A stretch of 64,000 nt of DNA from Octopus vulgaris (lineage: Eukaryota), in the NCBI GenBank assembly GCA_951406725.2, contig OX597816.1:44516001-44580000 (forward strand). Reading direction: 5' to 3'. The notes under the pieces are model-generated. The model had not been told where the DNA came from and did no database searches. It worked only from the letters and a program-made list of their open reading frames with translations. Shown piece after piece: positions 1-13,452 of the stretch. Each line of letters starts with the position of its first letter. Position 1 is the stretch's first letter. A program made the translations under genes and the position numbers.

Positions 1-300
1 TGTTATTGAAGTAAGGTTAGTACTTCTCTAAGATCTTCCAACTTATGTTGTATTCCGTGACACTTCCTATCAACGACCATACATGCTTAGACAGGGCAGT
101 GATATTTCTTCTCTCCGGGGCATTGAAGGACTAATTTGTACTGTTGTATCTGGTTGTGAAGAAACTTTCTGTTGCTCCAAAATACATTTACACGTTTAGC
201 TGTCAATTTGATCTTTTCGATGTCACCACTGCCTCAAACACGGCTATCTCTGTATTACATTGCTCGTTAAGAGGATATATCGTGTTACCTCTACATGAGC
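1..300 (-). mobile_element. Penelope-like element remnant, GIY-YIG endonuclease region (degenerate, runs off window start)
   Basis: Manual minus-strand translation gives CSCRGNTIYPLNEQCNTEIAVFEAVVT..MYFGATESFFTTRYN..SFN..RRNITALSKHVWSL..YNISWKILEK. This matches the PLE pattern CxC..CPL..C..V(Y/F)xAxV..YxG.T..F..RY..TALSKHxW..I.W.I. In-frame stops are present. Confidence 0.8.
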
Positions 301-577
301 ATCCTGCCTCTGTCTCAAGTGTATGTTTTTTACATTAGAAGCACAACTAAAGGAAGCCCTCAAGATGAGCTACATACAGACACACGCACACACGCACACA
401 CATATGTATATATATATATATATACGTACATACTATATCGGAAAGGTGAGCTAGAGTTATATTCCAAAAATATCTATATTCAGATAAATGAATTATTTTA
501 TATGTATATATTACCATAAAGAGTCTTTCATTGTATGACTTTTGGTGGGTAGTATTCTATATATTAGTAGTATTCTA

Positions 578-889
578 ACCTCTCGAAAGAGCTGTTCTTC
601 ACTCCTGCTCAAGAGCGTGGGCTGCGGGGTTACTCCGAAAAGCTCTATCTACGACGATTTCATCTCAATCGAAGGAGATGGGCTTTCTCCGCCCGGGTTA
701 CGTATCAGTGGAATAAGCTGCCGGACGAGATAGTGAAGATGCCGACGACCGCTCGGTTCAAAGTCTCTCTTGACCAGAAATGGCCCGAACTCTTTGTATG
801 ACCAACCTCCCTGTAGATAACTCTCTGTCCCCCTACATGGCCTTGCTTTTGCTTTCTGAGTCAATAAAAATTGAATTGAATTGAATTGA
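578..889 (+). mobile_element. CR1-clade LINE 3' end (ORF2 C-terminus, 3' UTR, (AATTG)n tail)
   Basis: Translation NLSKELFFTPAQERGLRGYSEKLYLRRFHLNRRRWAFSARVTYQWNKLPDEIVKMPTTARFKVSLDQKW matches the CR1 C-terminal RGH..KL..R....FS.RV...WN.LP..V....FK..LD motif. It is followed by AATAAA and a tandem AATTG tail. Confidence 0.85.
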
Positions 890-1361
890 AAATAGTTAGA
901 CGCAAGAAAATTATAATATATACCGCGAAAGAGATTTTTGGTCGGAAACCGGTGCAAAAATCTGTGATTTGGGAAGGGAATAAAAAAATAGTCCATGAAA
1001 AGTATTGCAGACGTTTGTGAGAGAAAGACCACAATATAAATTCTCTACAGGTAATGAAACAAAATCGTGGATGCACGGCTGAAACGATACCAAACAGGGT
1101 GCTGAAACAAGCACCCAGTTTGAGGTCGTGGCTTCGTGGTTTGTAGAGGGGCAAAAGTGTGCAATTACTTGGATCTAAAGAATCTTGGCATTCAGGTGAT
1201 GCGTCTGTGAACTTCGACATGCTGTTGACCGATATTCTTGAAGTTCTCGAAAACATATTCTTTAAATGATGACTGACGAATACCATGTAATGGAAGCTGT
1301 GCGTAAAATATATTATACGTGCTTACAGATATACGTTGTTGCATGCACATGTATATGTGTA

Positions 1362-1428
<67 letters not shown>

Positions 1429-1972
1429 TGATATGTGTGTGTGCGTGCGTGTGTGTATTTAACTACACTCATTGATATAAGCAATCGATGTATACGCGCA
1501 TGGATCTTTAAATATATATGTACATGTATACCAATATATACACACACATACACGCACGCACAGAGATCTTGTTAATATCACCTTCGAAATATTATACAGC
1601 GCTAACGCAATTTTTGCAACCTCGAAATTTACTTACTGGCACTGAAAATCTCATTTAAAAAACTAATGCCTTTTAGTCTCTCTGCTCTCTTTAACGTTAG
1701 TTGCCGTGACTTGCACAAGTTCTTTAAGCTGTAACCTATGTCGAAGACCAAGAAGAAAGGAAAAAATTCTACCATGATACTATGTCGTATCGTTCTCTCT
1801 CTTGTTTTTTTTTAACTTTTCGTTATTTCTTTTTGTCTTTTCTCGATGTACAACATTTTCTATTCTTTTAGGCTTATTGTATTTTTATTTCTTCGTTTAG
1901 CTATCTCTATACTATGTTTTTTTTTCTATTTCTTTCTCCCCTCTTTTCTCCGTGTTGCCATCTTTTGTTGTT

Positions 1973-2024
<52 letters not shown>

Positions 2025-4530
2025 TTTATTTCTGTTCTTGTTCCTATCTTTCCCAAACGTTAACTATTTTTTCACTAAGAATATTTTTGAACATCTTTAT
2101 ACGATTTTTTCAAAACTTTCTGTCTCTTATTTTTTAACTTCACGTTTATCCTTGATTTCTTTTATTAATTTTCTTCATTTTTGGGGAATTCGTTTTTTCT
2201 TTTTATTATTTTGTTTCGTTCTTTCTTACTTTCCGTTAAAGCTGAAATATGAATTCAAGATGGTGGTGGGTAAAGGAAGCTACGAGCGATTAAATTTATC
2301 AACTTTCGCTGAATGCATTCGGTATTTAATAGGAGTGAAATAAGTTAGTCAAGGAAAAAAAAGACGAAGGAGAAAATATCATCTCCCTAATAGTATTATT
2401 TACTTTGTTTTCTTACACATCGTCCCTACATTTGATATTTTTTACTAACATTCATACCTAACCAGATTATAGCACTATTCAATTGGCATCGACAAGGCTG
2501 CTACGATGTGGCACGCTTCTTTTAGCCATCTCCCTTTATCTTGGTCAGATAAAATGAAGTAAATAAATTCACAGATAAATAAATAAACAAATGTAGAAAA
2601 ATCTGTATCATTTCACTGTGTCTACCATCAGCATATTCCTTAACTTAACCTTGTGTCTTTCTTTCCTTGTGTCTGAGATTAACTTGACAATAAACTTTCT
2701 AGCGAAATATTCTGTGACCTGTTAAGCTAGCCAAGCCTATTGGATGATTGCTTCCAATGTCTTCCTGACGCGAATTAATTCTCATTCTTCCCCAACGACA
2801 CTTACCCGCTGTCCCAAAGGCAATAGCAATAGCTCTGTCGTCTTCACAAAACTCATACACTCCAATTTAATGCTTCCTCTATTTCGACAAACAGCAGGAT
2901 ATTTCTCTTGGGCTCCATTTATTTTTGAAAATTTCAAATAGGCTAATGCAATGTAGAGAATGTGAAAGGTAATTGAAAGGGAGACAAGGGAAATTGACAA
3001 AACGTGATGTACACACACACTCACACTCTCACACATGTACACACACACACACGCACGCACGCTCGTAGATACACACTCACGCTTACATACGCCCACATAG
3101 ATGAAGAATGCATAAGTTTTCAGCAATTTGATTAGTTCCTGCGTATCTGGCAGGGATGGCAACTTATTCTAATCAACAAGACAGTGGATCTCAATGAATG
3201 CGAAAACAGATTGAATCAGAGTTTTAAGACAGAAATCAAAATGGTTGTTTTATAACGTTTAAAATACTTTAAAGCGCAACTAAAATGTTGTTAGCTCAAT
3301 TAGATTGAATTAGTTCCAGATAGCACTCTCGTTCACATTCTGTTCCAAGCAGTGTCAAATCAATTTAATTAAAGATTCTTTTTTCTATTATTCTTTCTTA
3401 CCCTTTTTCTTTCGCTTTTTGCGTTTTTGCATGCACATGACTTTTCAGAATTATTAGGAAAAGGAAGATGCGCATTCGTGATATTCGTGATGGTGTAAGA
3501 CCACATACAGTCTTCAGTCGTTCGTGGATATTGTGTTATGTATATATTTCTAACTTGTGTTGACAATCCATTGACAGTCATGTGATTTTATGACTAAACA
3601 CAATTAAGTCATGAACATTTCAGTTAGTTTCAGATTAGATAAAGAATAGTGGAATATAAATTTATCGATGTAATCAACAGAATTTTATCGAGAGCGTAAG
3701 AGATTTGTCTTTCTTCAAAGCTCTCTAAACAAATTTCATTCTTTGTATTTATTTGTTAGATTTTTCATTATGCATACTGAGTTTCAAATGACACAATACT
3801 AATATAATTACATTTAATCTAAACAAAATATAATGATTGTAAAAGTTAAGTAATTCTAGATGTGAGTAGAATATTAGTCGTTAGCTCGGTACACTTATTT
3901 CCATATCTGTATGATACCTTATCTCGATAATCTATCTTAAATGTGTAGCAGTAGTACACGAAAGATATTTAAAGGGCATATATTTAACACGTGTAGAAAG
4001 AAAATCTCATGTTCATTCACAAGGGTTTATCATTCCATGTGAAAGTTTCTATGTAACAATTACATATAGTTTAGAGACAGAACATAGAACTAATTTTATT
4101 TCTACAACTTACGTCATCATGTTTCATATTATATTGTGATCGTAAGGAAAATGTCATTTAGTTAAGTAAAAAGTAACTATATGTGGGTTACATGTTCTGA
4201 AATATTGTTGAATTTCTTCTAGATGCATTGATTTCTTTGTTCTATTTATATTTTAGCTTGTGGATCAACAGTGCCCATGTCATTTCCTGAATGTTCAAAC
4301 AAATATAACTGAACTCCTGCTGGAAAATTTGAAGGTTGAAAAATAGCAACAGAGGTGAGGGATATATAATGAAAGATTTCGATTCGAGCACTGCACTAAA
4401 GTTTCTACGAAAATATATACCTTTGCGTCCACCACGTTTTATTTAAAAATTCGGCGATCTTTTATATACATTTTGAGCAACATATATACAATTCTCATTT
4501 ATGAATTTGACCAAATATTTCAGTTCATCC

Positions 4531-4896
4531 ACACGGTGTTCAGATTAAATCTGATATTTCCTGTCTCTATTTTTTTTCCAGAAATAGATTGATGTATTGG
4601 TGAACACCAACAGCGTTAGAGCGGATGCAGTTTAAATTTGTACTTCAGATACAGTGAAGAGATAGCTGTATAATGATGATTCGAAAAGGTGTCAAATGCC
4701 GATGTCATGACCGCTGCTCAATGCACTGTGAACACTGCAAAGGCTGTAAGATGTGACATGGACAGCTGCAGCGGAGACCACGAAGCCAAGTCGATCAGGA
4801 AAGAATTTTGTAGACGTTCTGATTACGTCCGCATTCCCGGTTACATCTTCACATCTGTGAACAGAGGAGCGTTTGGTTCAATTCAATTCAGACAGC
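4531..4896 (+). mobile_element. Old Tc1/mariner (maT/DD37D-like) 5' remnant, immediately adjoining the mariner
   Basis: ORF 4689-4919 contains RKEFCRRSDYVRIPGYI, resembling the RK.HSRRSD..RTPEF N-terminal motif of maT-like transposases. It starts with a TIR-like CACGGTGTTCAGATTAAAT. Confidence 0.45.
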
Positions 4897-4898
4897 TA

Positions 4899-6188
4899 CG
4901 AGGGACGTTCAATAAGTAATGCCCCTGACCCACTTCCCATAGAAGTAGAGCAACGAAACTTGGCACAGTTATTAGTCTTTTTCTACATAGGAACCAACCA
5001 GAGTTACGCATTTCTCCAATCGTTTGATGCGGCTCTGGAGACCGTTTTTGTAGAAGAGCCCAGCTTGGTCCTCCAACCTCAACGTGACTTCAGAAATCAA
5101 GGCTGCATCATCTGGGAAACGCTTTCCTTTCAAAAACAACTTCATGATTGGGAAGAGGTGAAAATCAGAGGGTGCAAGGTCAGGAAAGTAGGGGGATGGG
5201 GAGGAGTTCATAGCCATACGCTTGTGCTTCTGATCTGGCGACAAGCGAGTTGTGGACCGGAGCGTTGTCCTGCAGGAGGAGGATGCCTTTGCTGATCTTG
5301 CCCTGCCTCTTGGTTTTGATAACTTCTCTTAATTTCCTCAAAAGTGAAGCATAATAGGCTCCTGCAAATGTGGTACCCTTTGCCAGGAAATCTGTCATCA
5401 CTACTCCGTCCTAGTCCCAGAAGACTGTGAGCATGACCTTGCCAGCGGAGGGCTGCACCCTTGCCTTCTTTGGAGGGGGTGAGTCACGGTGCTTCTATTG
5501 CATTGACTGGGCTTTGGTCTCTGGATCATCGTGATGGACCCAGGTTTCATCCTGTGTAATCAGTCTTTTGAAAAATTTTGACTCATCTTCTTGTCACATC
5601 TCCAAATTCACCCTCGAGCACTCGACGCGTTCTTGCTTCTGGAAAGGCGTGAGCAACCTGGGAATCCATCTGGCAGACACCTTTTGCATATGCAAATGGT
5701 CATGAATGATAGTTTCCACAGACCCGGTACTAATCTTACCTTCATGGGCTATTTGGCGAATAATTATGCGTCGATCTTCCAAAATGGCAGCCTCAACTTG
5801 ACGGACAGATGCCTCATCAATGGCAGAAGGGGGCGACCAGATCTGGGAGCTGTTTCCACAGAGTTCCGACCATGTTTGAATTAACGATGCCAGCGTTTTA
5901 CAAGGTCATATGATGGGGCACCATCACCATAAGTTACTTTCATTTCATCAAAAGTCTCCCGTGGTGTGCGTCCTTTCAAATACAAAAACCGGATCACTGC
6001 TCGACACTCAACAGGCTCCATTTCACACTTGACTCGGTTCAAACACCTGTAAATCAGAAACCACAATTAATTCAGAGCTGTAATTTTCCACTTACTCTAT
6101 AAAGATATAGCTGATTGCACATGCAAAATTTCAGCTAGATCAAACAAATGCAAGTGAGTCAGAGGCATTACTTATTGAACGTCCCTCG
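4899..6188 (-). mobile_element. Full-length (1290 bp) mariner DNA transposon, inactive
   Basis: TIRs of ~36 bp (CGAGGGACGTTCAATAAGTAATGCC(C/T)CTGAC(C/T)CACTT) at both ends. TA target duplications at 4897-4898 and 6189-6190. An internal transposase pseudogene is present. Confidence 0.97.
4972..6021 (-). pseudogene. Mariner transposase pseudogene (DD34D)
   Basis: MEPVECRAVIRFLYLKG..., WIPRLLT (WVPHEL-like), TQDETWVHH, QDNAPVH and PYFPDLAPSDFHLF motifs; 34 residues separate the 2nd and 3rd Asp once a frameshift is corrected. Several stops and frameshifts. Confidence 0.95.
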
Positions 6189-6523
6189 TATATGAGACTG
6201 TGGTCAATCACTGGCTGGCGAGAGAGGCTGCCATTGTTCAGTTTTATTTCATGATTTCTTACCAATCAAGAAAGAGTCAGTTTCTAACCTAGATCCAAGA
6301 CACCTTCATTGGAACTTCGATACAAACAATAGGGTATTTTGTATATATGTATATATGTACGTACGTATGTATGTATGTATGTATGTATGTATGTATGTAT
6401 GCATATATGCAGATTTGTATTTTGTTTTATGTATGTATTCTCATGCATATAGTTGCATGTCTAGACATGCATATATACTTAATTGATAAACTTGTGGGAA
6501 GTTTTACAGATTATGTATGTATA

Positions 6524-6558
<35 letters not shown>

Positions 6559-6573
6559 TAGATAGATAGATAT

Positions 6574-6653
<80 letters not shown>

Positions 6654-6656
6654 GAT
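6524..6656. repeat. (GACA)n(GATA)n microsatellite
   Basis: Direct reading. Confidence 0.95.
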
Positions 6657-8554
6657 AAAATATGTTTCAAACCAACTATATATAAAGATGGTTATCATTA
6701 TTTACAGGATTGTTAAACTCGGCACAGTATAACAAAACCATTCGCACCGAAAGCACATAGAAATTTGGTTACAAAAAACAAGTACGAACTAACATAGTTC
6801 TTAAACTTGACAGAAACATGGAGGCTAATTCGCTGATGTAATGGTAACACATTTAGTCACGTTAACAAAGATATATGGGTTCTTGTCTCACGCGGATGGG
6901 AAAGCCTACTGTTTTTTTTTTCTATCGAGGGCTTATATGGCACATTATTAGACTATTTTCCTTAGTCATTGCACGGTGATCGTTTTAAGATTATTATTAT
7001 TATTTACAGAATTGTAAAACTCGGCATCGTATAACAAAACCATTCGCACCGAAATATGTATATATGAAAACATGAATTTTTGCATTATGATTCACTTCAT
7101 TTCTAACTTGATACTATCGTCTGTTAAGTCATTTTTTAAACCATGATAGACTACACACGTAGGGACTTTGTCGAGATGTATCTATCTGTCAATTGTTTGT
7201 ATGGTTTTTGGGGTCTGAATTAGTCCATGTATTTTTTGTATCAGTTTTGATTTCTTTCAGAATGATTTTGAACAAAGCACCACCTGCTGGGGTAAAAATA
7301 TTAATTGTCGTTTTGATATATGTCATGTTCTCGATGTCTGTAGGAGGAGTGTAGGTCTGAGGCCAAGACTTCGGTAACTTGTTAACTGAATACTCACATC
7401 TTTAGAAGTTTTGATGAAAATCTTTACACACTATACAAATAAAGTAGCTCTTATGGCGTTGTTGGTACGATAAAAGTTTGAACGTTTTGAAGCGATCCCA
7501 ATAGTCAAAACCTATCATGCTATTCAGTTTTAAATATACATATAGAGACACACAGACGTATATATTTATGCATACGCATATGTTTGTGTGTGAATCTGTG
7601 TGTACAAATAAGCATCAAATGTAGCTATTTATATATAAATATATTTATATATATGCGTATATGCACATGTCTCCACATACATATATGTATACATACATGC
7701 ATAGCTATATATGAATATATAAACACACATACATACACATATGTAATGATAAATACTTCTCAAATAAGTATTTATTCTATATGTGTATGCTCCTCATAAT
7801 TCCTTCTAGAGCCTCTTAAGAACTTTGTTTTTATTTTATTTTCTATTTTTCACTCATTATTTTTATTGTTATGCTCTTTATTTTTACTACTTCTGGCTTC
7901 TACTATTTCCGAAGCTCCTACTATCGGTTTGAAAATATTTGCAGACATGGTTAAAAGTTTTGCATTTACTCTGACAGCTGACTAATCAGAAAGTATAACT
8001 AAAATGCAAAACAGTTGTTCTTTCCAATATCTCTTTACATGCAGCTTTCTGCCAGTACTGGCCGTTATTGACAGCTTCCATACGCCACCTGATCACATAA
8101 CAGATAGCTAAGATGGATACTTACTTGGCAATGTCTGAAGCAGTAAAAGAAATGAACTGCTTTTAAAAGATATTGATGATGATTGTCGTTGTGGTTGCGC
8201 TTGTGGTTGTGGTCGTGGTTATGGTAGTGGTCTTGCTACAGTTTGTACTTCTTTTTATTTTGCTAGAGATTGCAGTTGCGGTGTGTTGATGGGATAGTGG
8301 GTACGGTCTTGTCTTAGAAGAAGTATGAACAGATTAAGTTATGCACGCTTTGGGGAATATTCTGGCTAACTACCAACGAAAAAGTATAAACCACAGAGGA
8401 AAACAGCTCCAGTTAGGATTTATAAAAGCGAGTATGTTCGCTGTAGTAAGAAAGGCGGGGATTTGATATGCGTTGCGGAAGCGTCCACGAATGATGAGTC
8501 GAATAACGCTAATGTGAATAGTCGAGTAACTCAGATGTAAACTGTAGCGTCCAT

Positions 8555-8590
8555 TGATTATTATTGTTGTTGTTGTTAGCAAAATCTGTA

Positions 8591-8637
<47 letters not shown>

Positions 8638-8700
8638 GTTGTTGTTACCAAAATCAGTATTAATATTATTATTAACAACAGCAACAACAACAACAACAAC

Positions 8701-8771
<71 letters not shown>

Positions 8772-9120
8772 TGATGATAATAAAAATAAAATACTAATAA
8801 CGAGGATGATAATGATGATGGTGACGACGACGATGATATTGATGATGAAGATGATGACGATAATTATATTGATGCTGCTGCTGCTGCTGATGATGATGAT
8901 AATTATGATGATGATGGTGACGATGATGATATTGATGACATTGATGATGATGATGATGATGACGATATTGAAATAGTTATTGTCGTTGTTGGTTGTGATG
9001 ACATTTTGTTGTTGATAATATCATTATGCTGGTTATCTATTAGCTGTATTTTTGCTGTTGTTGCTACTGTTGTTGTTGTTGTTGATGATGATGATGATGA
9101 TGATGATGTTTCTTCTTTCA
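8555..9120. repeat. Compound trinucleotide array (TAT/TGT/AAC/AAT/GAT/CTG)
   Basis: Direct reading; it produces the poly-I/N/M/L ORFs. Confidence 0.95.
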
Positions 9121-9294
9121 TTTAGTTTTGCTTCACCTTGTTGCTTCATCTTGATTATCGTCTCGAGAGAATAGCAAAAAAAGTAGAGAACTCGGATGGA
9201 CTTTAAGTTCTTATGTTTCTGTATCAGTTATGGTTCCTATTCAACGCACAAGAAACCTTGCAACAACTTCTTAATGTAGCCTACATTAAAGAAA

Positions 9295-9450
9295 GAGAAG
9301 AAGAAGAAGAAGAAGAAGAAGAAGAAGAAGAAGAAGAAGAAGAAGAAGAAGAAGAAAGCAAAAAACAAGAACGACCGCTGTCAGTATTATAACTGCAACC
9401 GTATTCTCCATCATCACCATCACCACCACCACCACCACCACCACCACCAA
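9295..9450. repeat. (GAA)n and (CAC)n trinucleotide repeats
   Basis: Direct reading. Confidence 0.9.
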
Positions 9451-9869
9451 TAACAACTACTCCAAAAAATATAAAAAGAAACAAGGGTATCAACACAAAT
9501 AACTAAACAAATGAATAAATTTATAATGAAAACAAGAAAAAAAAAAACAACAGAAATCTCCAAAGCGAATTAGAGTGACACTGGCATTCGAAACAGCAAT
9601 TTTTATCTGTTGCATCCGATAAGACATTCAAACAATGAATCAAATGAAATATGACGTGTTTGGTTTCAGAAGATTTGGGTCTTTTTTTTCTTTTGATTTC
9701 TGTATACAATCTCCATCTCCTAATTGACGATGCCCGAGAAGAGAACTAAGAAAACAAAACTATACGATAATATGGTTAAACACTACAGTTAGGATATGGG
9801 TTAATTTACTTCGATCTTCTTCTATATTCGATATTTCCACCCAAAAATTGCTATGTAGTTATCGAAGTT

Positions 9870-9903
<34 letters not shown>

Positions 9904-9958
9904 CACACAGGTTTATATATCTTTCTGAAGAGGCTGCTTTTATATATGATTATATATG

Positions 9959-10008
<50 letters not shown>

Positions 10009-10394
10009 CAGAAAGGAGGAATTTAGTCATCATTGTTTATTATTGTTTTTGTTGTGGTTGATGTCGTTGTTTTTGTCGTTTTTGTTGTTGCTGTTGCGGC
10101 TGCTACTGATGTTTATATTGTCGGCCACGAACTGTTTACATGCATATTTGCTTATTTTCTTTTTAAAGTAAGTAACTTTAAGGTAACAATGGTCAAATGG
10201 AATATTCCAGAACAGCAGCCTCTTCAGAAAGATATATAAGCCTTTGTGATAATATATATATATATATATACACACAGACAGACAGACAGGGAGAGAAAGA
10301 GACAAGTGCATATACGCACACAGCGGTACACATATATCAAATATGCATATAAATTTCTCTATCTCCCTGTGTGTATGTTTATATATATATATAT

Positions 10395-10448
<54 letters not shown>

Positions 10449-10677
10449 AGTATATATTATATAGATAGTTAAATAGACAGGCTAGCAGGCAGGCAGTCAG
10501 ACAGAAAGACAAATATCGATATTCATATAGTTATTTATACGTATGTATGCGTACATAAGTGTATGTATATATATGTGTGTGTATGTATGTATGTACGTAT
10601 GTATGTATGCACACATATATTAACAAATATGTATGTGAGAAATATTTTATGCTATTTGTGCGGAGAGAGAGAGAGAA

Positions 10678-10754
<77 letters not shown>

Positions 10755-11412
10755 GAGAGAGATAAAGTTAGGAAGGAGATAGTCGAGAGAAGCATAAAAC
10801 TAATGAAATATAGGTAAAACAGGATTAAAAATAAAAGTAAAGACCATTCAAACAACGAAAACGGAATGAATTCAACTGAAAATACGGGAACACAGTAAGC
10901 AGTTGTAGAAATAACACTACCAACTTAGTATATACATCTACAAGTACAAGATAAAAACTCTTAAATTTTCAGGCGACGAATACAGTAATAAGAGGAAAGA
11001 AAAGCCAAGACAACTACAAAAGTTAATATAGTTAATATCAATTATTCGTCGACCATTCTAGACGAGATAAGATAGTGAATATTACATGAACCATTGTTCT
11101 AAAGAAAACAAGCTAAGAAAGATGTGTTAGATAATTGGATACGTAAGAAAATGAAGGCTGGAAAAAGGCCATTGGTGTATTTATTATCTCTTTCATTATC
11201 TCATTTGCACTCAAACCTTTCACTATCTGTTTCGTATTTTTTCCCATTCACACCTTCACTCTCCTTCAATTACTCGCTATCTTTCCCTCTCTTCCTTTCT
11301 CTGTCTCTATCTCTGTCTCTTTCTCTCTACCTGTCACTCTCCCTCCCTCTCCCTATCACATATTCTCTCCATCTCTCTCCTAATATCTGCATTCATTTAT
11401 CCACATACACCG

Positions 11413-11457
<45 letters not shown>

Positions 11458-11481
11458 TAGATACATACATACATACATACA

Positions 11482-11512
<31 letters not shown>

Positions 11513-13369
11513 GTAGATAGATAGATAGATAGATAGAAAGATAGATAGATGGATAGATAGATAGACAGATAGGTAGGTAGATATACAGAGAGATCATATA
11601 ATCATATATATATATACATATATGTATATATAACTATAACTATATGTATGTATATACGTATTTACATATACATACATAACATATTTATATATATATATAT
11701 ATATATATAGATACACACACGCGCATATATTTCGATATACACGCACATACAGACGCGCGCACGCACACACACATATATACATATATGTATGCATATGTAC
11801 ATACATATATCTTTTATTGTCCATTTCTCTTCCTATTCACATTTTACCCAAATTAGTTATCTATCTCCTATCGTTGTATTTCTCGCTCTTTCTCTTTCTC
11901 TCTTCTTCTCTTGCTTTTTCTTTCATTTTAAACACAATCATTCGCACGAATTATATGCGTGTGACTGTATGTATGTACGTATGTATGTATGAATGTATGT
12001 ATGTATATGTGTATATGGCTGTATCTTTCTCATATTCATATACGTATATATATATATAAGACGAACGTCCGTTTTTCATTGTTGAATATATATTGATAGA
12101 TTACTAAATAGATATGTGTGTACGTAAATATAAAAATAACTAAATAAGTGGATGATTCAATTAAGAGATAAGCCATAAGGATTGTCTAGAAACACGAATC
12201 AATATCAAAAGAGAATCAAAACCATTATTTTCTTTCTGTTTTATTGAAATTATATTTTCGCCATTATTCTCTTCATAGTCTAGACCAAACATTGATCAAA
12301 ATATATGAAAGGTGTTCTTAGAACTCAAAGAATTTATTCTCGAACTTCCTTGGGAATTTCTTTGTTCTATTGTTTATCCCTGATTTGCTTGTTATTTCAT
12401 TTTGTGTTAAAAATTTATCAACTTTGATTCTGTTATTTTTTTTTTGTTGTCATCATTTACCGTTGTTTGTTTCAACAATATATATATATATATTTTTTTT
12501 ATTTTTTGAAATATACATAATGAGAGTAATTCTGTTCTATATCTTCTATCAATTTCTTACTTATATCTTGAAGTCATTTTTATTGTTTGCAACCCATGAA
12601 TTTCTTTATTTTTAGATTTCTTACTCATATCATTGAGTGTTATTTTCGCAAAAATATCACGTTGTGTTACTAAACACAATTTAGGGTAGTTATGAATTAC
12701 GACCATTAATGCATTTTAAACAGTCTATATTTTGTTATTATAACATACTAAGACCTTACATTTTTTTCTCTAATTTACTTATTGCTTCAATTATACTTCA
12801 CTCCCCGCTCACCCTTTCTCCCTTTCTCGTGATAAACACACACACATATACACACATACGTACACACATACACACATATATTTTTATAGAAGGATGATCA
12901 TTATGGCCTGTCAATGAGCGACCATATGTTTTCGCACATGGAGAGTGTTTAACTGTATGATCGACTCTTCAGATTCAAATGGCAGAGGCATTTACCATCT
13001 AGTTACAATCAATCTCGAGGAATTTTTATATATTCGGATCAGAGATGAACAAACAATCAAAGCAATCAGATTAGCAAGCTTAGGAGTATAACTAAATACC
13101 CTGGAGAAGATAAATAACGAAGAGTACACAGAAATCTTTTCGGCCATTTTATTTCCAGAAAAATAAATAAAAACTTCAAATTTTCATTTTCAGCCCTCAA
13201 ATATTCCTGCAATCTCACTAACAGACACAAATGCTAGAGATAAAAAGGATTGTATAAACCACGCTCAATATACCACCTCTGTGTTTATAAGGTTCGACCT
13301 TTAGACAAATATTTATCTATCTATTTATAAAAAAGTTCGTTTTCTATGTTTTTGTTTTTATGTTTTCAT

Positions 13370-13452
13370 TTCGACAAATAATCTTTTCGATGAGAACCGT
13401 TCGATGAAGAGTCGTTTGACAAGAACTCATTCAACAAAATGTCGTAAGACAG
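13370..13452. repeat. Degenerate ~15-bp minisatellite (TTCGAYRARnnnTCG-like), 5-6 units
   Basis: Units ttcgacaaataatct / ttcgatgagaaccg / ttcgatgaagagtcg / tttgacaagaactca / ttcaacaaaatgtcg. Confidence 0.65.

Noticed and set aside
1050-1300. Possible very old mariner fragment (VVAS..QLLD-like)
   Set aside because: Too degenerate to support by eye.
8370-9496. Poly-I/N/M/L/S/G ORFs
   Set aside because: These are translations of trinucleotide microsatellites with no domain content.
13370-13452. CRISPR-like array
   Set aside because: Eukaryotic context, 15-bp period, no repeat-spacer architecture and no cas genes.
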